A stretch of DNA of 36,932 bases from Craspedostauros australis (taxonomy: Eukaryota), in NCBI GenBank assembly GCA_030167865.1, contig JALAGF010002840.1, positions 1-36,932 on the forward strand, given 5' to 3'. The notes under the pieces are model-generated. The model worked only from the letters and a program-made list of their open reading frames with translations, was not told the origin of the DNA and searched no databases. This document shows, in pieces, positions 1 to 10,291 of the stretch (the first letter of the stretch is position 1; each line of letters starts with the position of its first letter). The translations under genes were made by a program, and so were the position numbers.

Positions 1-2937
1 GCCTACTGCCCCCTTGTGTGGGTTTCCGACGATGTCCAATGGGCAGACAAGGAGTCGCTCAACATGATCGAGTCATGGGTGTTGGATATCACCATCTCCT
101 CTCTCATGGTTATCATCTGCTTCCGATCCAACCTCGTCGACATGGAAGGAGTCAGAAATGGTACTATCAGCAATGGGAACGTCCAAGGCTCCGATTTGGA
201 CTCTGTGGCCACGTCCAGCGCAGCTAACGCAGTTGGCCAGATACTGGCGTCTATCCAGAAGATGCGACAGGAGCGCTTCATCCGGTACGTCGATCTGGAG
301 GTCAACAATCTGTCACTAGACAACGTGCACACCATGCTCAAGCAGCTGTTGGGAATCTACAACGACGATGACGATGGCGATGGCAATGATGCTGAGCGCG
401 ACAGCAACAGAAGCGACAGCAGCTACGGACTGGCAGAAATAGTCTTCAAGAAGACCGATGGGAACGTCTTCTTCGTCCAACAGTTCATTCGGATGCTGGT
501 CAAGGACGAGCTCCTGTTCTACAATATCGCATCGATGAAGTGGCTGTGGGACAACAACCGGATCAAGCAGGAGACCCCGGCATCCATCAACGTGGTGGAG
601 CTGATGGAACTCAAGCTGCAGCAGATCGACACGGCGCAGTACTTACTACCGCTGGCCGCCTGCTTGGGATCCACATTTTCGTGGTCGCTATTGCGGACGG
701 TGCTGCAGGGATTCGTGGAGGATGATGCGATGGATGGGGTTGGCCATCGTGCACTGTACGAGTCATTGCTTCATGGACCGCCACCGGCAAGCGAGGAGGA
801 ATGGGTGGACATCCTGAATACCTATGAGGCGGAGGGACTGATTGAGTCTCATGCTGGCGGTAGCATTGTCGACGACGGCAACGGCAACGGCAACGGGAGC
901 AGCTCTACTCCTCAGTCCACATCGCCGGCATCGCCCATGACATCGCCAGCACAGGCGTCTGTCGCATCCGAGTACTCCTTCATTCACGACAAGGTGCAGG
1001 AGGCGGCATTGGGAATGATCCCATCGAAGATGCATCTTCTGGAGCTCCAGCATCGCATCGGAATCATCTTGATGGATCGGCTATCAGAAGAAGACTTCGA
1101 GGCTTCAATGTTCGTTGTGGTGAATCTCCTCAACGCCCGTTTGGATATGGTCCCGCAGTACCCATCCTCATCGTCGTCGTCGTCAAAAGAAGACATCGAC
1201 ATCACCCAAACAAGGCGCTTCAGGATCGCGATGCTCAACTTCGAGGCTGGAACTGTCGCTGCATCGCATGCAGCCTTCCGAGTAGCATTCAAGTACTTCC
1301 AAAACACCATCGGCATGATGCCGCCCGACCACTGGCGAACACATTACGACATGACCCTCCAGCTCTTCACATCAGCCGCAGAGTGTGCATACGTGAGCAA
1401 CAAATTCAGAATGATGCAGAAGTACGGCAACATGGTGATCGAGCGAGACGAGTGTCCTCTGATCGACAAGATACGGGCGTACCATGTTTTGATGGACGGG
1501 AAGATGGTCACGATCCAACAAGGCAAAGCGAGCGACGTGATGAAGATGGGCGCCGGGTTGATGGCCCAGCTGGGGTATCGGTATCCCAAGGGTAGCAAAA
1601 GGAGACTGATGATTGTCATCATGAGACTGCTGAAGCTGAAGGCATCCACAAGGAAGTGGACGTTGGAATATTTGGAGTCAATGAAGCCGTCTGAGGATCC
1701 GATGGATGAGCTCATCATTCGGAGCATGGACAAATATGGTTGGTCTGCGGCTATTTGCGACCCAGGCGCACATCCTCTCGTCACGATCGATGGCATCAAC
1801 TACGCCATGAAGACAGGGAGAACCAACTCTACTCCAGTTGCCTTGGTAAGCCTTGCGATGCTGCTGGGCCCCGTTTTGGGTGACTGGGAGGGCGCCAGGC
1901 TCTACGCCAACTACGGGATGCAATGGTGCAAAGAAGGCAGCGACAAGTCAGCCGCAGCTCGGACGATGGTCGTCTCATACGGCCTGACATTCAACAATCT
2001 CATGCCGTACGAGAATTGTAAGCAGCCGGTGCTGGATGCCCACCCAGACGGCATGTCTGCTGGCGACATGCAAATCTCAATGTGGGCCTTGCTCTTCTAC
2101 TTCGACCTGTGCTTTCTTACAGCCAAGTCCCTGAAAGATCTCGACACAGACCTCTCAACGTACACAAAGGTCTCCGAAGACTTCAACCAAGCCAAGGCAA
2201 GCGAGCAGCTATCTGCCAGGTGGCAGATGGTCTTGAATCTGAGAGGACGATCTGATGAGCAGACCATGCTCGTTGGTGAAGCATTCAATGAAATCACGTC
2301 CGTTCGCCGCAACGAAGACGCGAAGGACATCGCATTGCTGGCGGACTTGCTTCGAAGTAAGCTGTTCTTGATGATGTACTTTGGAGATTATGACGGCGCC
2401 GCCAATCTGGCATTGGAAACCTACGAGGACCAGATGAAGACGCCTCCCGGTTACATCACGATGATGTTTTTCCTCTTTACCACCTCTTTCACAATGACAA
2501 TCGCTTCCAATCAAGACAGGTGCCTCACACGGTCCCAACGCAGCACGTACAAGCGGCTGGCTCAGAAAACCCGCAAGCAACTGCGGGGTACCGTGAACAA
2601 GGGCAACCCAAATGCGGTCCACTGCCTCGCCATCCTCAACGCGGAGAGAGCCGCATGGAAGGCGCACAAGAGCAGACAGCGAGAAAAAGCGTTCATGGAT
2701 GCTGTCACGATGTACCAGGATGCGATCCGGGCCTGTGCGCGGACAGGGTTCCCGCACAACCAAGCCTTGGCGAATGAACGGCTGGCCGAGCACATGCTGC
2801 TGGAGCAAGACGTCGACGGCGCGGAATATCATCTCAACGAAGCAATTCGGCTGTATGACGAATGGGGTGCAAGCAAGAAGGTGTCGTTGCTGCAGGAGCA
2901 CCGCATGAGGGTCTGCAACGGAAGCAAACTCGAATAG
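1..2937 (+). CDS. STAND/AAA-type P-loop ATPase with C-terminal helical (TPR-like) region, COG3899-like; 5' end lies outside the window
   Basis: Frame is open from base 1 (AYCPLVWVSDDVQWAD, a Walker B-like hhhhDDhQWAD). Later motifs: KKTDGNVFFVQQF (variant of the STAND GxP motif), AACLGSTF, YSFIHDKVQEAA, and C-terminal ALANERLAEH...AIRLYDEWGASKKV, as seen in this family. Stop TAG at 2935-2937. No intron needed. Confidence 0.85.
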   Translation, partial: AYCPLVWVSDDVQWADKESLNMIESWVLDITISSLMVIICFRSNLVDMEGVRNGTISNGNVQGSDLDSVATSSAANAVGQILASIQKMRQERFIRYVDLEVNNLSLDNVHTMLKQLLGIYNDDDDGDGNDAERDSNRSDSSYGLAEIVFKKTDGNVFFVQQFIRMLVKDELLFYNIASMKWLWDNNRIKQETPASINVVELMELKLQQIDTAQYLLPLAACLGSTFSWSLLRTVLQGFVEDDAMDGVGHRALYESLLHGPPPASEEEWVDILNTYEAEGLIESHAGGSIVDDGNGNGNGSSSTPQSTSPASPMTSPAQASVASEYSFIHDKVQEAALGMIPSKMHLLELQHRIGIILMDRLSEEDFEASMFVVVNLLNARLDMVPQYPSSSSSSSKEDIDITQTRRFRIAMLNFEAGTVAASHAAFRVAFKYFQNTIGMMPPDHWRTHYDMTLQLFTSAAECAYVSNKFRMMQKYGNMVIERDECPLIDKIRAYHVLMDGKMVTIQQGKASDVMKMGAGLMAQLGYRYPKGSKRRLMIVIMRLLKLKASTRKWTLEYLESMKPSEDPMDELIIRSMDKYGWSAAICDPGAHPLVTIDGINYAMKTGRTNSTPVALVSLAMLLGPVLGDWEGARLYANYGMQWCKEGSDKSAAARTMVVSYGLTFNNLMPYENCKQPVLDAHPDGMSAGDMQISMWALLFYFDLCFLTAKSLKDLDTDLSTYTKVSEDFNQAKASEQLSARWQMVLNLRGRSDEQTMLVGEAFNEITSVRRNEDAKDIALLADLLRSKLFLMMYFGDYDGAANLALETYEDQMKTPPGYITMMFFLFTTSFTMTIASNQDRCLTRSQRSTYKRLAQKTRKQLRGTVNKGNPNAVHCLAILNAERAAWKAHKSRQREKAFMDAVTMYQDAIRACARTGFPHNQALANERLAEHMLLEQDVDGAEYHLNEAIRLYDEWGASKKVSLLQEHRMRVCNGSKLE

Positions 2938-4161
2938 GTATCACATATAATGTTCCTGTTATACACATGGATGAATGACCTGAAATCTGATTCATTTGGC
3001 TCTCCAGGTAGTCGACGAGTATGGTATTAGTGCGGTACATACCAAAGAATCCCATCAATGAACGTGCTGCGCCCACCATCGGAGCAAGATCACAATCGGG
3101 ACGAGGAAGAAGGAAGCGAACGGGGTCCAACATCTCTTGAAGTCTTGTGATTGCTTCATCGCCGTTTTGACCTACGGCGCTGCTGCGATTGGAACCTGTT
3201 TCTCTGGCTATCGCGAGAAGAGACTTCAACCGTATCCATCTTGATGACTGCGATGTCGGTGGGTGGAACAGAGTTCGCCATCCCGTCGTTGCCACAACAT
3301 CATTCCGCTTCGCTCGCCCGCGGATTGCGTATGCTCGCAGCGCCGAGGATTGAAGGGACAGTCGCACGGAGTAAAGACACATAGAGGACTCTGTACACGC
3401 TGCTGCTTGTCAGTTTTGATTCCGCTTTGCTTGTGGTGTTGTTACTTTTGTTAACGTGTTTGGTTGGAAAGCATATTTTGAAACAGTTTGCAACATCTAC
3501 CGTGTTGATTGCTCTAGGTATATATGTTCGTGTTGCGGATCGCCGCGGACGATTGGTGGGTGCGGGAGCGCCAAGGGGCGACTACGACGCCAGTGGAAGC
3601 GCTCACTCATCGCGCCTCTCCAGAGTGCTGCGAAGGAAGAGGGTTCATCTCGCGTTTGGCCCATCAGCGCTGCATCCTCGTGTCTTCCTCGCACGGAGGA
3701 TGAGAAAGGGCGGCACGAGAAGTCTCGGCGGTGTGACGAAAAGCACGAACCTTCCCAAATCTGCCGAGATGGAATGAACCGAGGCCTGATCAGATGGACG
3801 GATGCGCGGCAATCGTGTTGACCTGCATGCAATCGCACGCGCATTCTCACCATCTTGCTTGGTTGATCGGTAGAGAGTAGGTATGGTAAACTTTCATTGA
3901 CACCCGAACCGGCCGAATGGATGGATCGGTCCTCCGTTGTTGACTTGGCGTTGTGTGGTAGTAGTAGCTATGGAGTTGTCCTATTCGGCGAGGTTGCGCA
4001 AAGGTTACGTGCGCGCGCAGAAAATAAAAATGTGCATGGGGCGCGGCACGTTATCTCACTGATCTGTTCATATGGCATTTGTGTTGATGTTTCTTGTGGT
4101 TGCACGCAACTATTCTATAATGGTGTACTCGTAAATCACGTGCAGATCGCGGTGGAGCTCC

Positions 4162-6556
4162 TCAACCAGCCGTGTAGGCCGGTTGCGAATCCAGCGAAGC
4201 CTGCACACCATCCTTCGCTTGCTGCATCTCCGGCTGCGGTTCGTGTATCATGTTGGCGGTTGCTGGGACCGCCTGCGATGTGTCGAAGGGAGATGTCGGA
4301 TTCTGGATGAGCGTGACGCAGAAGCACTTGGCGACGCCTCCCGCCCCCTTGATGAGCGCGACGCTGAGACCTAGGTCGTCCCTGTTCTTCATGGCGCCTC
4401 GCAGCAGGCAGGAGTTCGCGCTGCTGCAGCCCGCCTGATCCGGTGGTGCGGATAGCATCTTGCTGATGAGATCGAAGGCGTGCCTCAGATCCTGCCTGGA
4501 TGTCATGTTGAAGATGGTCATGGAGCAAATCTCCTGCTTGGTGTAGTTGGAGAGGTGGCAGAACAATCGATTGCAATCGATGAATGCACCTCCCATCGAT
4601 GCGATAGCCTGCGGACGGGAACGTGCGTGTATGTTTGCACGTAGTCATGGGGGACCAATGGCATTGCGTTTGGATCGACAGGATGATGTCAACGAGAGTA
4701 TGGTGGAGTATGGTTTCGTGTGGATGATGATGGAATGATCATCACAATATCGTGATTGTAAGCGCGAATGTGTTAGTGGACGACGATGGTGCAATTGGCT
4801 AGAGAGGAGAGGAGTGGACTGGAACAAGGTGGTAGAGGAGACACAAGGAACGTACCAATCCGACCGTGCATGAATTGAAGACGTATCGATAATCGTGCGT
4901 TTCGATGGTGTTGGGCAAGACAGATCCATCTTGCGGCTGCATTTGCGCGGACTGTTGTTGTTGCTGCGCCGGTTGCTGCTGCTGAATCTGCTGGGTTTGA
5001 GTGACGTCAATGCCTCCGCTGGAGCATGGATTTGGTTGGTGATACATCATGGCAGACTTGGGTGGGACGCCTCCGAAGTTGCCCAGCGACCAGACGCCAT
5101 TCTGGGCTGCGACATGACGGACTGCAGTGGCAGCCTGCTGTCCAAGTGCGCCGCCTCCGATGATCTGTATTTGCTCCACCAGCTGGTGCCGATCACTGCG
5201 TGGGGACATGGAGTGGGATGGTTGTTGCGTTTGAGGCAGATAGATAGGCACGAGTGGAGTGGGAGAAGCGCGAGAACAGTACAGTTGTGTAGAATTAATG
5301 TGTGAGAGTTTGGATACAGCACAACACAACACAATACAGAGTGGAACACAATACGTGTACAGAGGGGAAGAAAGACCACAGTTGAAGTTTGTTTGCCCGA
5401 GATGAGAATGAGCCCAACGAAACAATCCATTTGATTTCACTTCATTTGATTTCACTTGATTTGATTTGATGACTCACAGTTCGGATCGGTACTGATGTTG
5501 CTGCAGCATACGTATGTAATTGGCTGCCTCCGTGAGGACGGAGCTCTTGGTGCCCTTGGGTACGATGACGCCCCCGCTGGAGAGGAGGTTGCGCAGCTCA
5601 TTGATCTGCCTGGAGATGCGGAAGCTGCGCTCCTTCTCCCTGGCGTTGCGCTCCTCGCGTTTGAAGTCGTCGAGCTTCTTCTTCTTGCCTTTGTGCGATG
5701 CGGCGTCGCTGCTTTGTGAGATGGCCGTGGCGTTGCTGGAGTCGATGGGCTTGGAGGCGGAGCCTGTGGCGGCGTTGGACGCGGCAGAACCTGCGGCGGT
5801 CTGAGGGGCGGCTCGGCCTTCGTCGTCGCTGTTGTATCCCCCGCTGTCGTCGTCTCCGGTGCCCCTCTTGCGCTTCGCGCTCAGCGAGTCTGCAAGGGTA
5901 TGGCGTTGTATGGCGTTGTATGGCGTTGCATGATGTAGTGAGGAGGAGGACGTGAGAAGACAGACACAGAGACGGTGAGTGCATGTGATGAACGTTGAGA
6001 AGGAGGATCGAAACACACGACAGCAGAGCCCCAAGTCGATACGAAACTTACCGAGCTTCTGATCGTTGGCCGCTGCAATGGACTGCAGGTTGGCAACGGC
6101 CTGCGCCGCCGCCTGAACGTGTCCCTGCGACTGCAGTGGCATGCTGGGCTTGTTGGCGGCCGCGTTGATGCCTGCAGCCTGACCGGCCGACGGCGCACCG
6201 AGGACGCTGCGTGGGGCGATCATTCCTTGCTGCTGCTGCTGCTGCTGTCTCATGGCCGCGGCCCGTGCTCCTGCAGCCATCGATGCTGAGGCAGGCCTGC
6301 TGGGTCCTTGTGGCGCTTGCTTGTTGGGGTTGTTGCTGTTCTGGTTGGAGCGGCGGGGTCCCCCATTGCCATTGCCATTACCATTGCCATTACCATTACC
6401 ATTGCCATCGCTGTCGTTCTCCTCACTGTCGAAGTTGAAGCCAAAGGAGGTGTTCCCGATGCTCACGAGCGCAGAACCATCCGAGTTGTTGCCCCCAGCA
6501 CTCTCGTTGGTGCTGTTCGACTTCTCCTCTTGCATTGCTTCCTTCATGAGCTCCAT
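4162..6556 (-). CDS. bHLH-PAS transcription factor (diatom bHLH1/RITMO1-like, one bHLH plus one PAS), 4 exons, about 567 aa
   Basis: Exons 6556-6052, 5889-5478, 5195-4856, 4608-4162 (1704 nt). Donors GTAAGT/GTGAGT/GTACGT, acceptors CAG. bHLH: KREERNAREKERSFRISRQINELRNLLSSGGVIVPKGTKSSVLTEAANYIRMLQ. PAS: DYRYVFNSCTVGL|AIASMGGAFIDCNRLFCHLSNYTKQEICSMTIFNMT. The start ATG is the first in-frame ATG and is less certain. Confidence 0.88.
5427..5471. repeat. Degenerate (ATTTG/ATTTC/ACTT) short tandem repeat in bHLH-PAS intron 2
   Basis: ccatttgatttcacttcatttgatttcacttgatttgatttgatg lies next to the donor site. Confidence 0.6.
5898..5931. repeat. 10-bp tandem repeat (GTATGGCGTT x3) in bHLH-PAS intron 1
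   Basis: gtatggcgttgtatggcgttgtatggcgttgcat, read directly. Confidence 0.8.
6363..6408 (-). repeat. Hexanucleotide repeat encoding (Gly-Asn)n in the bHLH-PAS N-terminus
   Basis: (ccattg/ccatta)n on the + strand translates as GNGNGNGNGNGNGNG. A (CAG)n polyQ tract lies at about 6227-6247. Confidence 0.8.
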
Positions 6557-6778
6557 GTGGCTGTGCTTGTGGCTATGGCTGGCTGTGGCTGCGGCTGTGA
6601 TCTTGCTGTTGCTGTTAATGACAGTGTTGTTGCTGATGACAGTGTTGTTGATGAAGACAGTCTTGTTGATGTTGTTGATGTCGGTGACGCTGATGCAGCT
6701 GTTGTTGCTGTTGTGTGTTCTGCGGATGTCGTCAGTACTGTCTGTGTACTTGTTTGTACAGGTGGGTTGGGATAGAGA

Positions 6779-6805
6779 TCAGTGTCGGTTGCTGTGTGGT
6801 GCCAT
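6779..6805 (-). other. Candidate upstream ORF MAPHSNRH*, in the same frame as the bHLH-PAS CDS
   Basis: agc ATG GCA CCA CAC AGC AAC CGA CAC TGA on the minus strand. The frame is then open without an ATG down to the ATG at 6556. Confidence 0.35.
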
Positions 6806-6968
6806 GCTAATACTGACGCAAGTACGATTGCCTCCTTCCGTCTCTCTGTCTCTGCTCCGAATCTCGCTTTTGCTGTTCTCGCGTTGTTTTCACGTTGTTC
6901 TCGCGTTGTTGCTCTCCCTTCCTCTTTTCGCGCTTGCGTTGCATCTCGTTCCACGCTCCCTCGCCAAC

Positions 6969-7101
6969 CACGTGTGTGTGTGTGGTTCTTGCTGCTTTTC
7001 GTTTTTGCCGTGTGCCCGCACTGCGCACGCCTGGTACACTTCGTTCCTCCGTTTCACGTCATGTGTTGACGTTGTCGGTCGTCGTCCAATTATCAACCAA
7101 T
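6969..7101. promoter_or_regulatory. Putative promoter elements upstream of bHLH-PAS: E-box, inverted TGACGT pair, two CCAAT
   Basis: CACGTG at 6969-6974; ACGTCA at 7056-7061 and TGACGT at 7067-7072; CCAAT at 7086 and 7097. The motifs are seen; their function is inferred. Confidence 0.3.
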
Positions 7102-9008
7102 TGCGGTGTCGTCAAATTCCTGGTACTGAAACCAGGTGAAATGTGTCGTGGAAACGTCGGCAAGTTCAACAACAGCCATCGGACAGAAGTCGGACATGAA
7201 TCACCCAATCACAAACACTGTATCGGTACAGTCACTGCATTCCCGAACCGTGAGTTCGTTCAGTTTTGTGTCTTTGAAAACCCATGTCATCCTGATGCCG
7301 CAGTTCCCGTCCACGTTGTCCTGACACATCGATTCGAGAGGTAGAGCAGAGTGAGAGAACTGCACGAGCGCAACCACGACTCTCCGCCCAGGGAGGTGAA
7401 GGCAAGAGGACCGGGAAGCAGAGAACAAGGTGGTTAGGACCCCTCTCTCTCTCTCTCTTCCTTTCGACAGGAACATGCTTCATCCCCAGTCAAAGAGCTA
7501 TTCACCCTACTCATGTGTCTTCTATTCTTTTCTGCTTTACGATTGCCAACATCGCTACCAGAAACACTGTGCGGAGCAATCACAAGACAACGACGACGGT
7601 AGACGACATCGGTGACAGGCGTGGAGGAGTTGGTATGCGTCTCATGACACAAATAGCAGACATGTGGAGTAAACCATAGTGCCATTCCATTCTCTGCATA
7701 CTTGTGTACTCTGCATGCTCATATCTACAAACTTCTTTCGATGGTAGCTATATCCATTCATTTGCCAGCAATCGACTCTACTCTGCTCCCGTAGTATCTT
7801 CCAACGCTCCTACGCAAAACCAGTACGGACGCGTACGTACGAGCATTCTTTGTAAGAACCACGTACAAGGCAATACAGTGCCAAAATCCGAAACACTGAC
7901 GTCAGAGATCCGTTTCAACCTTGCGATTTATTTAGATATGGATATGATCTGTCGTCACCACTCAATCGCTACACGTACCTACGAATGCTGACACGTTTCA
8001 CAAACACGCAAACAGACGAACTTGTTGAGTTCTCGTTGCGTGTCGCGTTGCGATCGAGTTCGCGCAAAGTGACTCCACGCCACCTTTTCTCTCTCTGCTG
8101 CTCGAACCTTTTAACGTGGACTGGGTATCAACAGAGAACGACTCTTTCTGGAACAGAACAGCGTCGGTGGTGGTCGGCGATGTGCATCAGGGTGATTGGC
8201 AGGGTCCATAGCGGCTGCCGGCAACAACGCTCTCATCATTTTGTCTCTCTCCATCGTGTGCCCGGAGAGGTGGAGGAAGCGAGAAGAGGTCGGGCACACG
8301 ATCCATCCATCATCACAGGGGCTCCTCTGACGTATTGCCATCGTCGTATAATGGTCATCTTCATTGGGATCACCGTCGTCGCTCCTGCCTCATCGTCACT
8401 TTATTCTTTGGTTCCGACAGCGCTTGAACGAGGGAACACTTGCGCCATCGCACATGCCTCAGCCGTCTGCCCGAAGAGCGAGAGAGTGATTGCGTTCGCA
8501 ACAGAAGCAGAACAGGACAACTCGACACATGAGAACAGGGCCGAAACGAGAACCTCTGTCGAAGAGGAAGAAAGGAAGCATCCCGTTCTTTCCATGCACA
8601 TCCGACCAAGAGGACAAGAACAGCATCATCGGGCAGCGAGGAACAACTCGGCCCTCACTTGTTCTTCGCTGATTGTCGCTCCATCCAATCGCACTCTCCC
8701 CGATCGTTATGTCCCATCGGATCGGAAGGTTGAAGCGAAGAGCAACAGGGAGGTAGGAAACCAGAGGACAGGGCAGAGTGGAGTGGAGTGGCGACACAAC
8801 GGTGACGCGAGGCTATTGCTGCCGCCAAGCCATCACCAGAAGCTCTGGTGCAGACTTGCCGATTGAAACTCAGTAAAGAACAGATCAAATTCATCCTGAC
8901 AATCCATCCTCAGGGGAACGAGAACCGAGAGAAGGAAGGCGACGAGTCAACGCAACTTTCATCTTCGCTGTTGCTGCTATTGGTACCGCCATTGGCGTTG
9001 ACATCACC

Positions 9009-9776
9009 ATGGTGCTCGGTGATATCATCGCGGCGACTGGCGCAGGCGTAGTAACGACCGTCGTCGGCCATCCGCTCGATACGATCAAGGTGCATCTCCA
9101 GGCCAACCGCACAAAGCAAACGGCGTGGCAGGTCGCCAAGGATCTGTTCCGCCAGAACATGCTATTCCGCGGCATCGGCCCACCCATCGTCAATGCCGTC
9201 GTCATGAACGCCTGCATGTTCTCCGTCTTTTCGTCCATCAAATCGTACTTGGCGGATGAAACATCCTCCACAAGCACAGCCACCAGCGCATCATCTTCGT
9301 TGCTGGCGGGCCTCATCTCCGGCTTCGCAACGGCATGCATCAGCACGCCGACGGACTTCATCAAGGTCCAGGCGCAGCTCAATGGCATCCAGCAGCTCGC
9401 CTACATGCGCACGATTCCATTGCACATGATGTTGCGCGGACACGTGGCCAATCTGGCACGTGAAGGCGTCTTCACGGCGGCCTATCTCGGGGTCTACGAT
9501 CTGATGCATCCCGCGGGCTTTTGGCAAGTTGCGGCCGCGGCATCCGTCACCGGCGGCTTCGCTTGGATCGTCAGCTATCCCTTCGATACGATCAAGACGG
9601 TGCGGCAGGCCCGGCCGGAATTGGGTTATCGTGAGATCCTTCAGATGACGCGGGGCAATCTATTTCGGGGATGCGCCACATCGACGGGACGTGCCATCAT
9701 GGTGACGTCGTTGCGGATGATCGTGTACGACCTCATCATCCACGGCATTGACGAAGATGGGTCCTTCTTCACGTGA
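9009..9776 (+). CDS. Mitochondrial carrier family (SLC25) protein, amino-acid/carnitine-type, single exon, 255 aa
   Basis: Three PxDxxK signatures (HPLDTIKVHLQ, TPTDFIKVQAQ, YPFDTIKTVRQ), three [LM]-[FL]-R-G motifs and six hydrophobic segments. Confidence 0.92.
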   Translation: MVLGDIIAATGAGVVTTVVGHPLDTIKVHLQANRTKQTAWQVAKDLFRQNMLFRGIGPPIVNAVVMNACMFSVFSSIKSYLADETSSTSTATSASSSLLAGLISGFATACISTPTDFIKVQAQLNGIQQLAYMRTIPLHMMLRGHVANLAREGVFTAAYLGVYDLMHPAGFWQVAAAASVTGGFAWIVSYPFDTIKTVRQARPELGYREILQMTRGNLFRGCATSTGRAIMVTSLRMIVYDLIIHGIDEDGSFFT

Positions 9777-10291
9777 AGTCAGGCCATATTTGCGTGATGT
9801 AATATATTACACCAATGCAATAGACAAGAATAGAATAACATAATGACATGCTAGATTAGAGCAAACAACATATAATAGGTTGCCGCGTTGGTCAGTGAAG
9901 ATGAGAGCAGCACTCTCCTATTCTCCTCGAACTGGCAGCACGAGTTGAATGCAGAAATTGCCAACAAGGTACATGCACAATCGAATCTAGACAAACAACC
10001 ACAAATCATTGGCGGACAAGCGGTCACAACTTCGTCGCCAGAATCCAAACTCCATGATTTTGCGCCAACGTTCGCCATTTCCTCCATCCATCCCCTGCCA
10101 AGGAGACACAACTCCCCCGGCACACACATGCACAACTACATCCTCGTGGATATAATGGACAGAGACGTCTATTGTACATTCAAAGGCGTCGACAAAGCCG
10201 CGCACAGTATCAACAACAGCAGCAGGAGCAGCAATAGAAGCCAACACACCACACCAGCATCGTCCACGATCTCAGGCAGAATACGCAAAGA

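Noticed and set aside
2938..4130. Short ORFs between the ATPase and bHLH-PAS 3' ends (e.g. 3427-3777, 2834-3382)
   Set aside because: No domain signal; checked for GAF/histidine-kinase continuation of the ATPase and found none.
6252..7139. 295-aa Leu-rich + strand ORF resembling a membrane protein
   Set aside because: It is the antisense translation of the CAA/CAG-rich bHLH 5' region; low complexity.
7985..8866. 293-aa + strand ORF upstream of the mitochondrial carrier
   Set aside because: No recognisable motif or codon bias, and composition like translated non-coding DNA. Not supportable without transcript data.
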